DNA of 64,000 bases. Source: Okamejei kenojei (taxonomy: Eukaryota). Location of the stretch: NCBI GenBank assembly GCA_035221665.1, contig CM069162.1, positions 25,234,001 through 25,298,000 on the forward strand. The letters run 5' to 3'. Made by a program: the position numbers and the translations under genes. Every line of letters begins with the position of its first letter. Position 1 is the stretch's first letter. Below the pieces are notes generated by a model. That model searched no databases. It was not told where the DNA came from and saw only the letters and a program-made list of their open reading frames with translations. Below are positions 1-12,695 of this stretch, piece by piece.

Positions 1-162
1 ACAAACCCAGCCCTGGCTGTTAAACAACAAGCTATCTGTTCCACTTACATGTGCTCCCGTTAAAGAGGAGACTTGCACTGCCAGGCGTCCTCATAAAAGA
101 GGGTCTCGCTGCCAGGACCCCGGAGAAGAAAACTGTGCAGCAAGGACCACATGAAGAAGGAG

Positions 163-273
163 GGTACACAAAACGCTGGAGAAACTCAGCATCTGTGATG
201 CTGCCTGCACCCGCCGGGTTTCTCCAGCATTTTGTGTACCTCGATTTTCCAGCATCTGCAGTTCCTTCTTTAA
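163..273. mobile_element. Short Penelope-like insert with 5' inversion and 15-bp TSD
   Basis: CACATGAAGAAGGAG at 148-162 and 274-288; inverted arms gtacacaaaacgctggagaaac / gtttctccagcattttgtgtac. Confidence 0.75.
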
Positions 274-519
274 CACATGAAGAAGGAGTCCCACTTCACT
301 AAGAGGGACTTGCATGGTCAGAACCACTAGGTCACACAGTGTGGGTCCCTTATGAACAGGGGGCCTCCTTATCAGAACCAGCATAAAGAAGTACTTGTGC
401 AGTGTGGGCCCATTATAAAGCCTGCTTTACGAAGACCCCTCATAAAGAAGCAGTCAGACTGTTAAGACCCCTTCTGAGAGGGAGTGTTACTTTCAGAGCC
501 CCTCGGAAAGAGGGAGTCA

Positions 520-852
520 GTACATTTTGGGTGAGTCCTGAACCAGGGGCCACAGTCTTAGAATAAAGGGGAGATCATTTAAGACTGAGCTGAGAAAAAA
601 CTTTTTTACCCAGAGAGTTGTGAAATTATGGAATTCCCTGCCACAGAGGGCAATGGAGGCCAAATCACTGGATGGATTTAAGAGAGAGTTGGATAGTGCT
701 CTCGGAGCTAGTGGAGTCAAGGGATATGGGGGAGAAGGCAGGCACGGGTTATTGATAGTGGACGATCAGCCACGATCATATTGAATGGCGGTGCTGGCTC
801 GAAGGGCTGAATGGCCTCCTCTTGCACCTATTTTCTATGTTTCTATGTTTCT
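520..852 (+). mobile_element. CR1/HER1-type LINE 3' end
   Basis: RGHSLRIKG...NFFTQRVVKLWNSLP signature, followed by a 3' UTR ending in (TTTCTATG)n. Confidence 0.9.
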
Positions 853-987
853 AAGAGTGGACGGGGGGGGGGGGGGGGGTATTGCCTGACAGTGTGAGGA
901 AGCTGCCTCCACAATGGGAATCCTGTTGCAATTTAGGGGGGGGGGGGGGGGGGCGTTGAATCCAGCTCGCTTTCTCACTGTCTTTGA

Positions 988-1178
988 GGAGGAACTGCAG
1001 ATGCTGGAAAATCGAAGGTAGAGAAAAAAGTGCTGGAGAAACTCAGCGGGTGCAGCGTCATCTATGAAACGTTGCCTATTAACTCTTTGCATGGAGCGAA
1101 GGAAACGTTTGCCTATTTCGTTCACTCCGTAGATGTTGCTGCACCCGCTGAGTTTCTCCAGCACTTTTTTTGTCTACC
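988..1178. mobile_element. Fold-back Penelope-like insert
   Basis: Arms aaaaaagtgctggagaaactcagcgggtgcagc and gctgcacccgctgagtttctccagcactttttt are exact reverse complements. Confidence 0.8.
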
Positions 1179-2096
1179 CTCTCTCCCAATGTCGCTCCGT
1201 AACCCCTTCCCCAATGGGCTTGGCCTGGGTCTGAACCTTCAGAGGGCCAGGCTGATGATATCGCTTTCACTCTATGAAAATAAATGTGTGCAAGTATCTG
1301 AAATGTTCCCTCCGTCTGAAAACCGATAGCTGCAAAAAAAATGCCAAATGAAAGTGTTCCTCCAGCTCACCATTAATCCAGTTTTTATTCACTCGTTTTC
1401 TCGTGCAGAATTCTCATGGAAGATCAGCCTGCTGTTCTCTGGATAAAATTCCAGAGGTTTTTTTTTCAGTTTGCAGTGTTATTAAAACACTGTCTACATC
1501 GCAAGCTGTGAGCGTTTGGCGCATGGGATCACTTCACTGCTCGGCAATGTGACAACGAGCCGCAGACCAACTCTCCACATTCCCACCCAGATACACTTTC
1601 ACTCCTTGGCAGAGTCAGGGGTTTACTAAACCAAGCGGCCACAGCCAGGGCCAACAGCACAAACAGCTCACCAATTATTCACTGCACGAGGGGACCATGG
1701 GATGTTATCAATAGAGGCTGATAGTATTTGTAAACCTTCTTCTGTTTGAGCCCTTACACAGGGAGAGGATACTCCGTTTATTTGCTCCCACAATGACACC
1801 TTGTAACTGCAGCTGACTTTAGCCTTGGTTCAACCTGAACATTATAAACTCTGGCAGCAGGGAGCTGAAGAGGGTGCCATGCACCACTGTTACAAACCTG
1901 TGTCTGCACACTTAGGCAGCTTGCTTATGTGAAGAACAATTCTACAAACCTTGCAACGGTTTATCTCACTGTAAGATTTTAACTCTATTTTGTTACATTA
2001 GTCACATTAGTCTATTTCCACTGGCCCGCATTTGGTACATATCCCTCTAAACCTTTCCTAACCATGTACCTGTAAATTGTACATGCTGTTATAGTA

Positions 2097-2482
2097 TCAT
2101 CTTATCGAAACATATAAGATTGTTAAGGGCTTGGACACACTAGAGGCAGGAAACATGTTCCCGATGTTGGGGGAGTCCAGAACCAGGGGCCACAGTTTAA
2201 GAATAAGGAGTACGCCATTTAGAACGGAGACGAGGAAACACTTTTTCGCACAGAGTGGTGAGTCTGTGGAATTCTCTGCCTCAGAGGGCGGTGGAGGCGG
2301 GTTCTCTGGATGCTTTCAAGAGAGAGCTAGATAGGGCTCTTAAAGATAGTAGAGTCAGGGGATATGGGGAGAAGGCAGGAACAGGGTACTGATTGGGGAT
2401 GATCAGCCATGATCACATTGAATGGCGGTGCTGGCTCGAAGGACCAAATGGCCTGCTCCTGCACCTATTGTCTATTGTCTAT
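2097..2482 (+). mobile_element. CR1/HER1-type LINE 3' end nested in an older minus-strand LINE remnant
   Basis: MFPMLGESRTRGHSLRI coding remnant; (CTATTGT)n tail; TATAGTA occurs at both junctions (about 2090 and 2480) as a probable TSD. Confidence 0.88.
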
Positions 2483-3697
2483 AGTACCTGCTTCAATTAA
2501 CCTCCTCTGGCAGCTCGTTCCATATTGTCCCTGAGGTTCCTATTAAATCCTTCCCCTGTCACCTCAAACCTCTAGTTCTTGATTTCTCTACTTTGGGTAC
2601 AAGACCCTTGCAGCCATCCTATCTATTCTTCTCATAATCATGTACATCTCTATAAGATCACCCCTCACCTAGCCTGCCCAACCTGTCCCTATAGCTCAGT
2701 CTCTCAAGTCCTGGCAACATCCTCGTAAATCTTCTCTGCATCCTCCCCAGCTTAACGACACCCCTTTGATAGCAGAAGTCAAATAGTGAGCAAATGGATG
2801 CAAAATAGAGCACTTAAACAGGTGTTCAACCTGGCATGCCACAAGGATTGATGCTGGGATTATTGATGTACATATTTGACATCAATGGTCTGCGGTCAAA
2901 TTGGGAGGTGCAATTAATCCAGAGGGTGATGATAAAATACAGAAGGTGTTCATAAACCTGCCACACAGGCATGTAATTGGAGAGTTACAAATTAACCAAT
3001 ATAATTAAGTATGAGGTAATATATTTTGCTGTAAATAATTAGGTGATGTGCCCCTTCAAAAGAAAGAATCTAAATATGGTCGTGGAATACACATACATAA
3101 TCATGAACTGTGGCAAAACAAATGTGTAAGGTCTTAAAAAAAAGGAAACAACGAACTAGGGTGCACATCTATTGGGACAGAATAGACAAATGGAGATGTT
3201 GGGTTAGACAAGGAGGTCCAGACAGGGTGTACAGGAATGCTCAAAGTGTTTTCAGTTGCTTCTGATCATTGACAAGATCAATGGTTTCTCTGGGCACCAA
3301 AGTCAGAGTGGCAGAGTTGGTGATAGAGGAAGCTACAGAAGATATAGAGGGGGGCATTCAACAGCACGAGAGATGGACAGGTCTGATGTGATTCTAGGTG
3401 TGTAGGATCAAAAACATCAATGAGTAACTGTAGAAAATTGAAGGGGATAGTCTGAAATGAGAGGGCATCGTTTTTGGGTAGGAGGTGAGTGGTTTAGAGG
3501 GAACCTCAGGGATAACTTTCCATCTTGAAGCAAGATCGAATCATATAAGGCTATGGATCAAATTTGGTACACAACATGCTGGAGTAACTCAACGGACCAG
3601 GCAGCATCTCTGGAGAGAATGGGCAGGTAACGTTTCAGGTCAGGACCATTCTCCAGATCTAGACTCTCCAGTGATACTGCCTGCCCCCACTGAGTTA

Positions 3698-4014
3698 AGG
3701 GCCTGTCCCACTGTACGGGGTAATTCAAGAGCTCTCCCAAGTTTAAAAAAACATCAAACTCGTGGTAAGCCCGTAGAATGTACGTAGCGGATACGTCGGA
3801 GCTCGGGACGTCTCTTAGCGGCCCGTAACACTAACGGCAAGTACTCAGGAAACACGGTAAGCTCGTGAAGACTCATGAAGATCTTTCAACGTGTTGAAAA
3901 ATGTCCACGAGAGCCCCGAGTACCTACAAGCGGCTATTACCGTAATTCTCCGAGTTCGAATCAGGGGAAACTCGGGAGAACTCTTGAATTACCTCGTACA
4001 GTGGGACAGGCCCT
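3698..4014. mobile_element. Non-autonomous DNA transposon (MITE), PIF/Harbinger-like
   Basis: About 47-bp terminal inverted repeats starting AGGGCCTGTCCCACTGTACG with 3 mismatches; TTA duplicated at 3695-3697 and 4015-4017; no coding capacity. Confidence 0.9.
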
Positions 4015-5510
4015 TTACTCCAGCAGTTTGTGTTCTGCACAGGATTCCAGCATCTGCAGTTCCATGGGACTACAGACTATGGATGACGGTCTGGTAAATG
4101 GAGTTAACATGTATGGGTACTTGACAGTTAATTAGTATAGTACTTGACTTGGTGGGCCAAAGGGCCTGTTCCCATGTTGTATGAACCTACCATTAAGCGG
4201 GGAGGTCACAGTCTACAAGAAGACCAATGTACAGGCAAAACAAGGGCATGAAGTCCCTTGTGAGAAGAAAAATAGGGTAACAGTGCAGATGAATGCATGT
4301 TGGAGAGACAGTGCATGAGGAAGGGCTGCAGATTCCTTCAGCACCGAGGCCTGTCCTGGCAAGCTGGGACGCGCACAAGCCGGAAGGTTGCACTTCAACA
4401 GGGGGGGATTGGAACCAATTCAACAGCAAGTTCGTGCTTGTGTATTTATGGAGGATTCAACTGATTCTGGCAGCGACATGTAAATATGAGTGCAGATTCA
4501 GAAAAATGAGAAGCAAAAACTGGAAGCAGACGTTAGACGTTGCCTTGTGAGGAATAGTTAAAGAAGAGCAGGAGTGGAAGCTCAGCTGTCTGGGTTTCCA
4601 GGTGAGATAGCGACAGAGATAACAGGCGGTCATAATGTTGATTAAAGGAACAATTGGGGATGTGGGGAAAGATAGTATGCTGGAAGAATCACTAAATGAG
4701 GGTAGAGGTTTAAACGACAGACAGAAAGGAGAACTACAGCAAAAAGCTGCAGATGCTGAAAACCCAAGATAAAAGCAGATGTTAGAATTGGCCAGCGGAG
4801 TATTTCATTCACCCTGCACAATAATTGCTCATAAAAGGGACAGAAAGGAATTATAGGCCAGCCAATCTAATCTGTCAGTGGAAAGGCTAGATAAAAAATC
4901 TTCTGGAGGACAGTGGCAAAAATAATTTAGAAAAGTAATATTTTTCGTCCCTCTCTTTCCTTATATTTGTAACCCATAGGGAGATAGATGGGAGGTGAAG
5001 GCATAAATCTAAGATAGTTGTAAAGAATGAGTTCAATTGGTCTCAATTCTAACTGGGTTAGAAAGGGAAAGGTTACATTGCAGGACTGTAATTAATTAAT
5101 TATATTATTGAATATTATCTGTGTGTTATTGCGTTTATGGCCTTGTTAAGCAGCAGCATGTAAAAATGTAATTGTTTCATTGCTGTTAGTCATCAGATAC
5201 AGCGAGGGAACAGGCCCTCGGCCTAACGTGCCCACGCTGACCAACATGCCCCATCTACACTAGTCCCACTAGTTTGTGTTTGGCCCATATCCCTCTAAAC
5301 CTATCCAATCCATGTAGCTGTCTAAATGTTTCTTAAACGTTATGATAGTCCTTTGTACATATGATAATGAAACATTCTTATTATCAGGTAAATATAATTT
5401 GTGAATATAACCAGGTCAGTATCCAGTGATCCGCTACTTGGCTCTGATGCTTCTTCGTTGAGTGTGCTGGATCGTTTCCTGAACTCAATTCAGCATCCAG
5501 CTCCAGAAAT

Positions 5511-5808
5511 GGGTGGCGCAGTGAAGCTGCTGCCTCACAGAGACCCAGGTGTGATCCTGATCTCGGGTGCTGTCTGTGTGGAGTTTGCTCATTCTCCCTG
5601 TGACCACGTGGGTTTTCTCCGGGTGCTCCGGGTTCCTCCCACATCACAAAGATGTGCAGGTTTGTAGGTTAATTGGCCTCTGTAAATTGTCTGCCGTGTA
5701 TAGGGAGTGGATGAGACCGTGGGATAACATAGGCCAAGTGTGACCAGGTGATCGACTGTTAGCATGGACCCGGTGGGCTGAAGGGCCTGTTTCCATATTA
5801 TATCTTTA
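5511..5808 (+). mobile_element. HE1-type tRNA-derived V-SINE
   Basis: tRNA-like head, V-domain gtgtggagtttgc..ttctccctgtgacc..gggttt.ctccgggtgctccg, and CR1-like tail gaagggcctgtttcc. Confidence 0.88.
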
Positions 5809-7254
5809 AAATTTTAAAAATGCAACTCCAGGACTAGTTCTGTTATCCCACTTTTTCATCCACTCCCTATAACCTCTGCTTGGTGAACTTAATGGAAGAA
5901 TGGGAGAGAGTTCCACTGCCAGGGATGGTGTGGAGGCGATAAGGAATGGTTAATCACCCAACCAACAGGCTTGGGTCCGTGGGTCAGGCAGCATCTGTGG
6001 AGGGAATGGTATGTGTATGTCCATTTCATCCACAGATGTTGCCTGATTTGTTGAGTTCCTCCAGCACTTTGTGTTTTGCTCCAGATTCCAGCATCTGCAG
6101 TTCCTCGTGCTGCCAACAGGTTTAATTACAGGCCTATAATACAACCTATATGCTTATCTGAGTGATATTACAAAGCATTTTCACTCCGTCTAGGCAATAA
6201 GTGTTGTGTATATGGAGCATTCCTGTGTGCTGTGTGGTGTTGGGGATTGGGAACTGTTAGCAAATGATTTTGATTAAGGTTTCAAGTTCTCTCTGCCTTC
6301 TCTCCACACTCTGTATCTGGAGAGCGCGACACCCCCTGCGGCCACAAGTAATAGACTACGCACACTGACTTATTGGATCCAAACGAGGTTTCTCGAGATC
6401 TTTCGGGTCTCCTCTGTGGTTTGAATGAAATGTGAAAGAAAGTCAAAGTACAAAGAGTGACAAGGGCAGGCGGCGGTGCCTGGGGCGTCGCTGTTTGCAG
6501 CGCTGATAGTCCCGGCTTTAGAAGCCTGCCCTCCACACTATCAATCAGCCCCTGTGATCTGCAGCGAGTGCGGAGAGAGGGTGTGAGGGAAGGGGCGAGC
6601 GGGAGAAGGACGGCAGGCACACAATCCAGCCGTTTAAAGATCTTTAAGCATTGAACGCTTGGGGCAATATCTGAGAGAGAGAAGGGTGGGGGCAGGGCTA
6701 CGTTTTAAAGAAACAATTGGAAACTGGGTCTAAATGTGACAACAACTGCATTGAGGGGAATAATTTGCACATCAGATTACAATGGAATCTGTGACCGAGC
6801 TGATGGCAATGAAAGGAGGGCCCATGTTGCAGCTTTACGGGACGGGCTGAGTGACTGACAAATGGAGCTAATTTCATGACTTTTAATCCCTTCACTTTCA
6901 TATTACAGTTTGCTGATGGAAGTTGATTTCTTACAACTCAGTTTAACCCTTTGGCGTATCACACGGAGCGAGCACAAAATGCCACCTCTCATCCTCATTC
7001 AGCACCCACTCCCATAGCTCTCTCCCACTGGGCGACTCAGATCGCACCCACGGACACTCTGCTCCCCTACTGAGTGACTGAGTCAGCATCCGAGGTCACA
7101 CACCCACCGTAACATTGCATGACTTGGAAACAGGCCATTTGGGCCCAATTTGTCCATGTGGTCCATACTAACCCCATCACCCAGCACTTGGTCCACAGGC
7201 CTCTATGCCAAAGCAATTCAAGGGTTTGTCTAGACACTTGCTAAATGCTATCAG

Positions 7255-7660
7255 TGAATTGGCTACAGACGCTACCCGGTCCATCATGGGTACTGACCTC
7301 CCCACCATCGAAGGGATCTACAGGGGGTGCAGCCTCAAAAAGCCAGCTAATGTCGTCAAAGACCCACACCACACTGGCCACACTCTCATCTTGTTCCTAC
7401 TAACAGGAAAAAGGTACAGGAGTCTGAAAATCAGAACTTCCAGGTTCAAGAGTAGCTTCTTGCCAGCAATCATAAGGCTTTTGTACACTTCACAACCCTA
7501 ACCTCAGTAACTATGATCATCAATGGACTGTCTTTGTTGCACAACGGACTTCGCTTTTAAGTTATGGTATTTTTAATTATTGTATATTTATCCGTGTTTG
7601 TGCCTGTTAAGCTGCAGCAAATAAGAATTTCATTGACGGTACATATGACAACCCTTGATA
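7255..7660 (+). mobile_element. Rex1-type LINE 3' fragment
   Basis: SIMGTDLPTIEGIY...KDPHHTGH...GKRYRSLKIRTSRFKSSFLPAIIRL, similar to the C-terminal part of the 37.8-38.2 kb element. Confidence 0.8.
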
Positions 7661-8359
7661 ATGCACCTGGGGAAATGCTAGCCTTCACTTCCATTGAAAC
7701 CTTCCTTTCTTTCCACAGTAATATTCCTGCCAATATTCAGTGAGAGCACCTCCCGAAAACACATTGCAGCCAGTTCTAAACGAACAATCTCACGCAACAA
7801 ACAGAAACCCATCTTGACGAGTAGACCAGGAGAGGCAGTCCAGGTGAGCAGTTACTCTGTGTCTAAGCCAAGTTTGATGCGACACCAGACAGAGAGAGAG
7901 AGCTTCACTAGGTTTGTCACCAAGTTGTACCTGACTCAACCGGTGAACAACGGGGGGGGGGGTTAATTTCCTCAGAATTATTACAGGTGACAGTACAGGA
8001 AACAAGCAGAAGAAACTTCACGCAGTTAATTGAAATAAAAAGTTTAGTGGTGCCCAGGTGGAGAACCCTGGAATGGGACTGGGAGGAGGTGCTAGGATAT
8101 CTTTCAGCCAAAATAAAGCAAATTCATGAGCTTCAAAATAAATTGTGCTGTGTGCAATTATGGGGATTTTCACGCCTCATTCAATCTGTTCTAATTAATG
8201 GACCTGGACTGGACAGCATTTGTGACTGAGCCTTGCTGGCTTGTGTCTGGCAGAGAACAGATGACAGAGATGATTTCTATCTGGTCTCTATGTCACTTGG
8301 CTAATTGGCTGCAGGGAGTTAATGAAAAGTGAAAAGCTGCAGAAGGAAGGCATGGCGGG

Positions 8360-8940
8360 GGAATTGAAGGAAGCGGAAAGAGTGGGCAGGGAGAAGGGGA
8401 AGAGGTGAGCGCAGGGCGTTAGGAAATGGTGAGGGGATAAAGGGGAGAGGGATGAGGAGATGGGAAGGGGAGGTAAGGCCAGTGAGTGGAAACAGGGAAG
8501 AAGAGAGCAGATGGGAGGGAAGGAAGGTGGGAGAGAATGAAGGGAGAGGGGTGTGAGGAAGATAATGGAGGGATGGGAGGATGGGAGAGAGGAGAGGAAG
8601 AGAGGAGGAAGAGGAACGGAGGGAGGAGAGAGGAGAGGAAGGGAGGGAGAAAAAGGAAAGAGAGAGAGGATGGGATGAGAGGGAGAGAGAATGGGAGGGA
8701 AAGAGGGAGAGGGAGGAGGAGGAGGAGGAGGAGGAGGTGCAGGGGAGATGGAAGAGCGGGAGGAGGGAGAAAGGAGAGGGAGAGGAGGGAGGAGAGGGGA
8801 TGGGAGGATGACAGGGAGATAGGGGAACGGAAAGGGAGCGGACAGCATAGATGGAGGAGGTGAGAGGGTGGGAAAGTTGCAACCATGGGTAGGGTTAGAT
8901 TGTGCAGAGGGGAGGAGGGAGGGGGCAGATGAAGAGGGGT
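8360..8940. repeat. Purine-rich (GA/GGA) low-complexity tract
   Basis: Almost exclusively G/A on the plus strand; source of the spurious Pro/Ser/Leu and Glu/Arg/Gly ORFs. Confidence 0.95.
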
Positions 8941-9189
8941 GGTCTTCGGAGAACTTGGGACCAGGTGGGGCATCGCATAAACGTAGTCGCTACTGTCCCA
9001 GGAAATGGTGTACTGCACTAACAACAGGAAGTGAAAGGGGTTAAGGATATGCTGACAGGAATTGGTTAGAGGAAGCAAAGAAAGAAGGGTCAGTACTTGC
9101 TGGTGATCGGGACTGAGCGTTAAACGTGGTTTGTGTGAAACCTTCTGCCTTCCGTGTGCAAGAAGACGACTAACTGCCTCTGCAGTCGC

Positions 9190-9485
9190 TTTACTTTAGA
9201 CTTTAGACATACAGCACGGAAACAGGCACTTTGGCCCACTGAGTCCGCACTGAGCAGCGATCACTATTATGACAATAACACTATCCTACACACTAGGGAC
9301 AATTTTAACGAAGCCAATTAACCTACAAAACCTGTACTTCTTCGGAACGTGGGAGGAAACCGGAACACCCGGAGAAAACCCACAGGGTCACAGGGAGAAC
9401 ATACAAACTCCATACAGACCGGAGTCAGGGTTGAAGCCAGCGCTTGTAAGGCAGCGACTCTACCCCTGTGCCTCTGAGCTGCCAG
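9190..9485 (-). mobile_element. HE1-type V-SINE
   Basis: Reverse complement of the same consensus. Confidence 0.85.
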
Positions 9486-9889
9486 TGATGTGATTAGGGT
9501 GAGCATCCAAGATGCCCCCTCTGGAACCCCAGTCCTTCGAAGCAACAACGAGAATTTATTCTATATGAGTGGCATCATCACTCCCAACTGCTAAAGAAAA
9601 TAATGCAATGTTGTTGGATAATTGGATGAATTACACACCTTTCATAATATCTCATCAGTTTGAATTTATATGGAGTCTTAAACACGGTAAATTGGCTCAA
9701 CAAAAGCAGGGCAAACAAAGTAACGCACTGAGCTTGAGATATTAGGATGAATCCTCAACAGCTTGATCAAAGGCGTAGGTTTTAAGAAGGTAGTGAGCTA
9801 GGGGGTAATTAAAAGCTTTGGACCTCAGAAGTTAGATGAAGTGAAGCATAAATTAAAGTGAAGTTCAGAACTGGAGGAGTACAGTTGAA

Positions 9890-10103
9890 GATAGACAATA
9901 GGTGCAGCATTAGGCCATTTGGCCCACCGAGCCAGCATCGCCATTCAATGTGATCATGGCTGATCATCCCCAATCAGTACCCCGTTCCTGCCTTCTCCCC
10001 ATATCCCCTGACTCCGCTATTTTTAAAAGCCCTATCTAGCTCTCTCATGAAAGCATCCAGAGAACCTGTCACCACCGCCCTCTGAGGCAGAGAATTCCAC
10101 AGA
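9890..10103 (-). mobile_element. CR1/HER1-type LINE 3' fragment
   Basis: Reverse complement of the 2260-2482 sequence. Confidence 0.85.
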
Positions 10104-12114
10104 CATGAGAAATCTGAAAGAAGTTGGAAAAACGGAGGAAGGGGTGGAGGTTACGATGGGGAGAGGGGTCGAGGGTGGCAACGGCATCCCATGTTTGGTC
10201 ATTGGCCTCATTTTGCTGTCAAAGAGAGCAGGCTCGTGTACATCTGTGTTCCCTTCAACCCACTACTGGAGGTCATGCTTTCAGCAGCCTAGTCCCCGAG
10301 GTCAGTGTTTATCCCTCCAGATCACCCACTCCTCCTTTAACAAACTGTTGGTTGCCTTTCCAGTGTCTGTTCTACATGTTTCAGCACAGATCTTTGCATT
10401 GCTCTTGTCGTTGATTGGATTCCTGTTTCTGTGGTCTGGTGCTGATTATTATGGGCACCACATCAAACAGCCCAGACGTATTTGGAAGTCTCCTGGTAAA
10501 ATTGTCCCTGAATTGTGGAGGATTAATCTTCCCTGGTCCTGGGTCCTGTGATCAATACCCCAGAGTGAAGCATGATCATGGATCATTACAAAGCTGGATG
10601 TTGTCCACAGAGACTTGGAGCAGTGGGAGAGACACTAGTCTGCTCAACAATCCCTCTCTCCCCATCCATCATTAGATATTGCAGTGAACACGTTCACCAG
10701 TGCCCCTGGTGTAAATACAGTGTGTATGAAAATAATAGCCGGTTGTCGAGATGAATGTAGTTCCTCTCATTGGGCTTGTGTAGAGATAACGAACGAGAGA
10801 ACAGGAGAGGGACAGAGAGGGAGAGAGAGAGGACCGTGATAAACATTATCTTCGACCCTAGGGTGAGATTTTGTACCCCAGAGAATGGAGCACATAGCAG
10901 CTGTTTCTCAAACATTTTCTGTTCGTGTTTGCGATGCAGTAATGACAAAAGGAATCTGGTGTATTAATTAAGATACTGTGTGTGTTACTGTACTGATAGA
11001 GCTGACACCAAACACCCCAGGGCTCACGAGAGGAATGCTTCACTCAGTGGGGTACGGAGAGAGAAAAAAACTGCTCGCAAGATCCCAGTTTCAAGCTGTG
11101 ACAGGAAACAGGTTAGTCAATCTCTTCTGGGCTGGGGGTTGGGTTCAGAATTTGTTCAAACGCACCCGAATCCGTGGGAGAATCTGTTGGGATTTTAGCT
11201 GCTGAACACTGTTCTGCAACTCTTGGTAGATCAGAACATGACTGTGTACGGTGGGCAAAACAGGTCGGTAGTTGGCAAAGAGGCCAGCACTCCTCTGTGT
11301 GACTGATGATCACACGTGATGAGGGGCCATTTAGTTTGGGGTCTGGACTCCAGGGAGAGTCGGAAGGAACCTTCAGGGGAGGGGACAGGTCACAGGGAGC
11401 GTCAGCACCCTCGGGACATCAAACGCTGCCCAGTGGGGCTGTTTTTGTTCCTGATGACAGACCAGCCACTTGTACTTTTCATTTGGGAGAAGGGAGCAAA
11501 GTAAGTTGCAAAAAAACTGCCTCCCAATTGATTCTCACCCTTTTCCTGCTGCCATCTGCAGAGAGGTCCCCCCCCCCCCCCCCCCCAACACTAAATGCAG
11601 TGTCTGAATGTGAAATTGTCAGCATATTTTGAGGTTTACTGAGATAACAACACTGTAACAGCTGCTTGCTGTTATAAACTATGACCGATTAATGGGAGGT
11701 TAATATTTCACATTAAGATTTCATTTCAAAAAATCTCTGACACAAATGTATTTTGAAAAACTGTCAGCCCCTGAATTCGGATTCACTAACAAGTATCAAA
11801 AAACACTTTCATTGCACAGCTTGCTAGACATTTGATCAGGGCGCTGGGTTGAACAGTGAAGCGCAGGTTTGCTATGGATCTACGACACAGTTTGAAGGGA
11901 GGAAAAAAAAACTGCGCAGGTTGTGAGTGGCAAGCCGTTTTAGGCGAGAATAGTGGGTAAGAGACAAAGTGAGAAATGTCAAAGCAAATTGCTGTTGACA
12001 GAGTTAATAACTGCACCTTACAGACATAATTACATGTAAATAAATAGTGAAATAGGCTCAGCTGGAGTCTGTGAAGACGGGCAGCCACTTGGAGCAGGCA
12101 CCAGCTGAGAATTC

Positions 12115-12695
12115 TGAGTGGGCACGGGGTTAACCCAGTCAGTGCCACCGCTGTGGAGGTGGGATTTTTTTAACTCTGCGAGTGCCAACGCTGAGTGTGT
12201 ACAGGTTTAACCCGATGAGTGCCTACTGTGAGTGGGCAAGGGTTTAACCCGTAGCCACAACACAAGATGCTGGAGGAACTCGGCGGGTCAGGCAGCATCG
12301 CTGGAAGGAGTGGACAGGCGATGTTTTGGGTCGGGACTCTTGTTCAGACTGACCCAATGGCTGCAGAATCAGATGAGGCAGATTTAACCTTGAGAATGGT
12401 GCCATAACGAGGTGCAGCTTTAACCCTTACAGTGGTGACTCCAGTGGACACTGGGTGCCAACCTTTTGAGTGCTGATTTTTCTGGGCTTGAGCCAATTCC
12501 GCACAGGCTTAACCTGGTCAGTACTGGCTATGATTGGGCTCGGCCTTAACCTGTGAATTTTTATTTTGAGTGGATACTTGTTTAACCCTGAACGTGCAGT
12601 CCGTAAGTTTTTTTTTTAACCCTGAGAGTGCCAAAAGAAACATGTTTTAAAAAAAAAGGCAATTCTGAGAGACTAGATTTAATCCAGAGTACTGC
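12115..12695. repeat. Degenerate ~35-40 bp minisatellite with a conserved TTAACC core
   Basis: TTAACC-like cores near 12130, 12170, 12207, 12244, 12384, 12420, 12509, 12546, 12582, 12616 and 12679; interrupted by a Penelope-like fragment at about 12255-12352. Confidence 0.7.

Noticed and set aside
6324-6345. CTCF-like TGGCCGCAGGGGGTGTCGC on the minus strand
   Set aside because: Spacing is off by one base from CCASYAGRKGGCRS and every alignment has at least 3 mismatches; not supportable without a PWM scan.
8288-9078. Long ORFs of 186-219 aa
   Set aside because: Artefacts of the GA-rich low-complexity tract, which lacks stop codons.
12115-12695. CRISPR-like or telomeric array
   Set aside because: Vertebrate intron, repeats are short and degenerate with related spacers, no cas genes, and not tandem TTAGGG.
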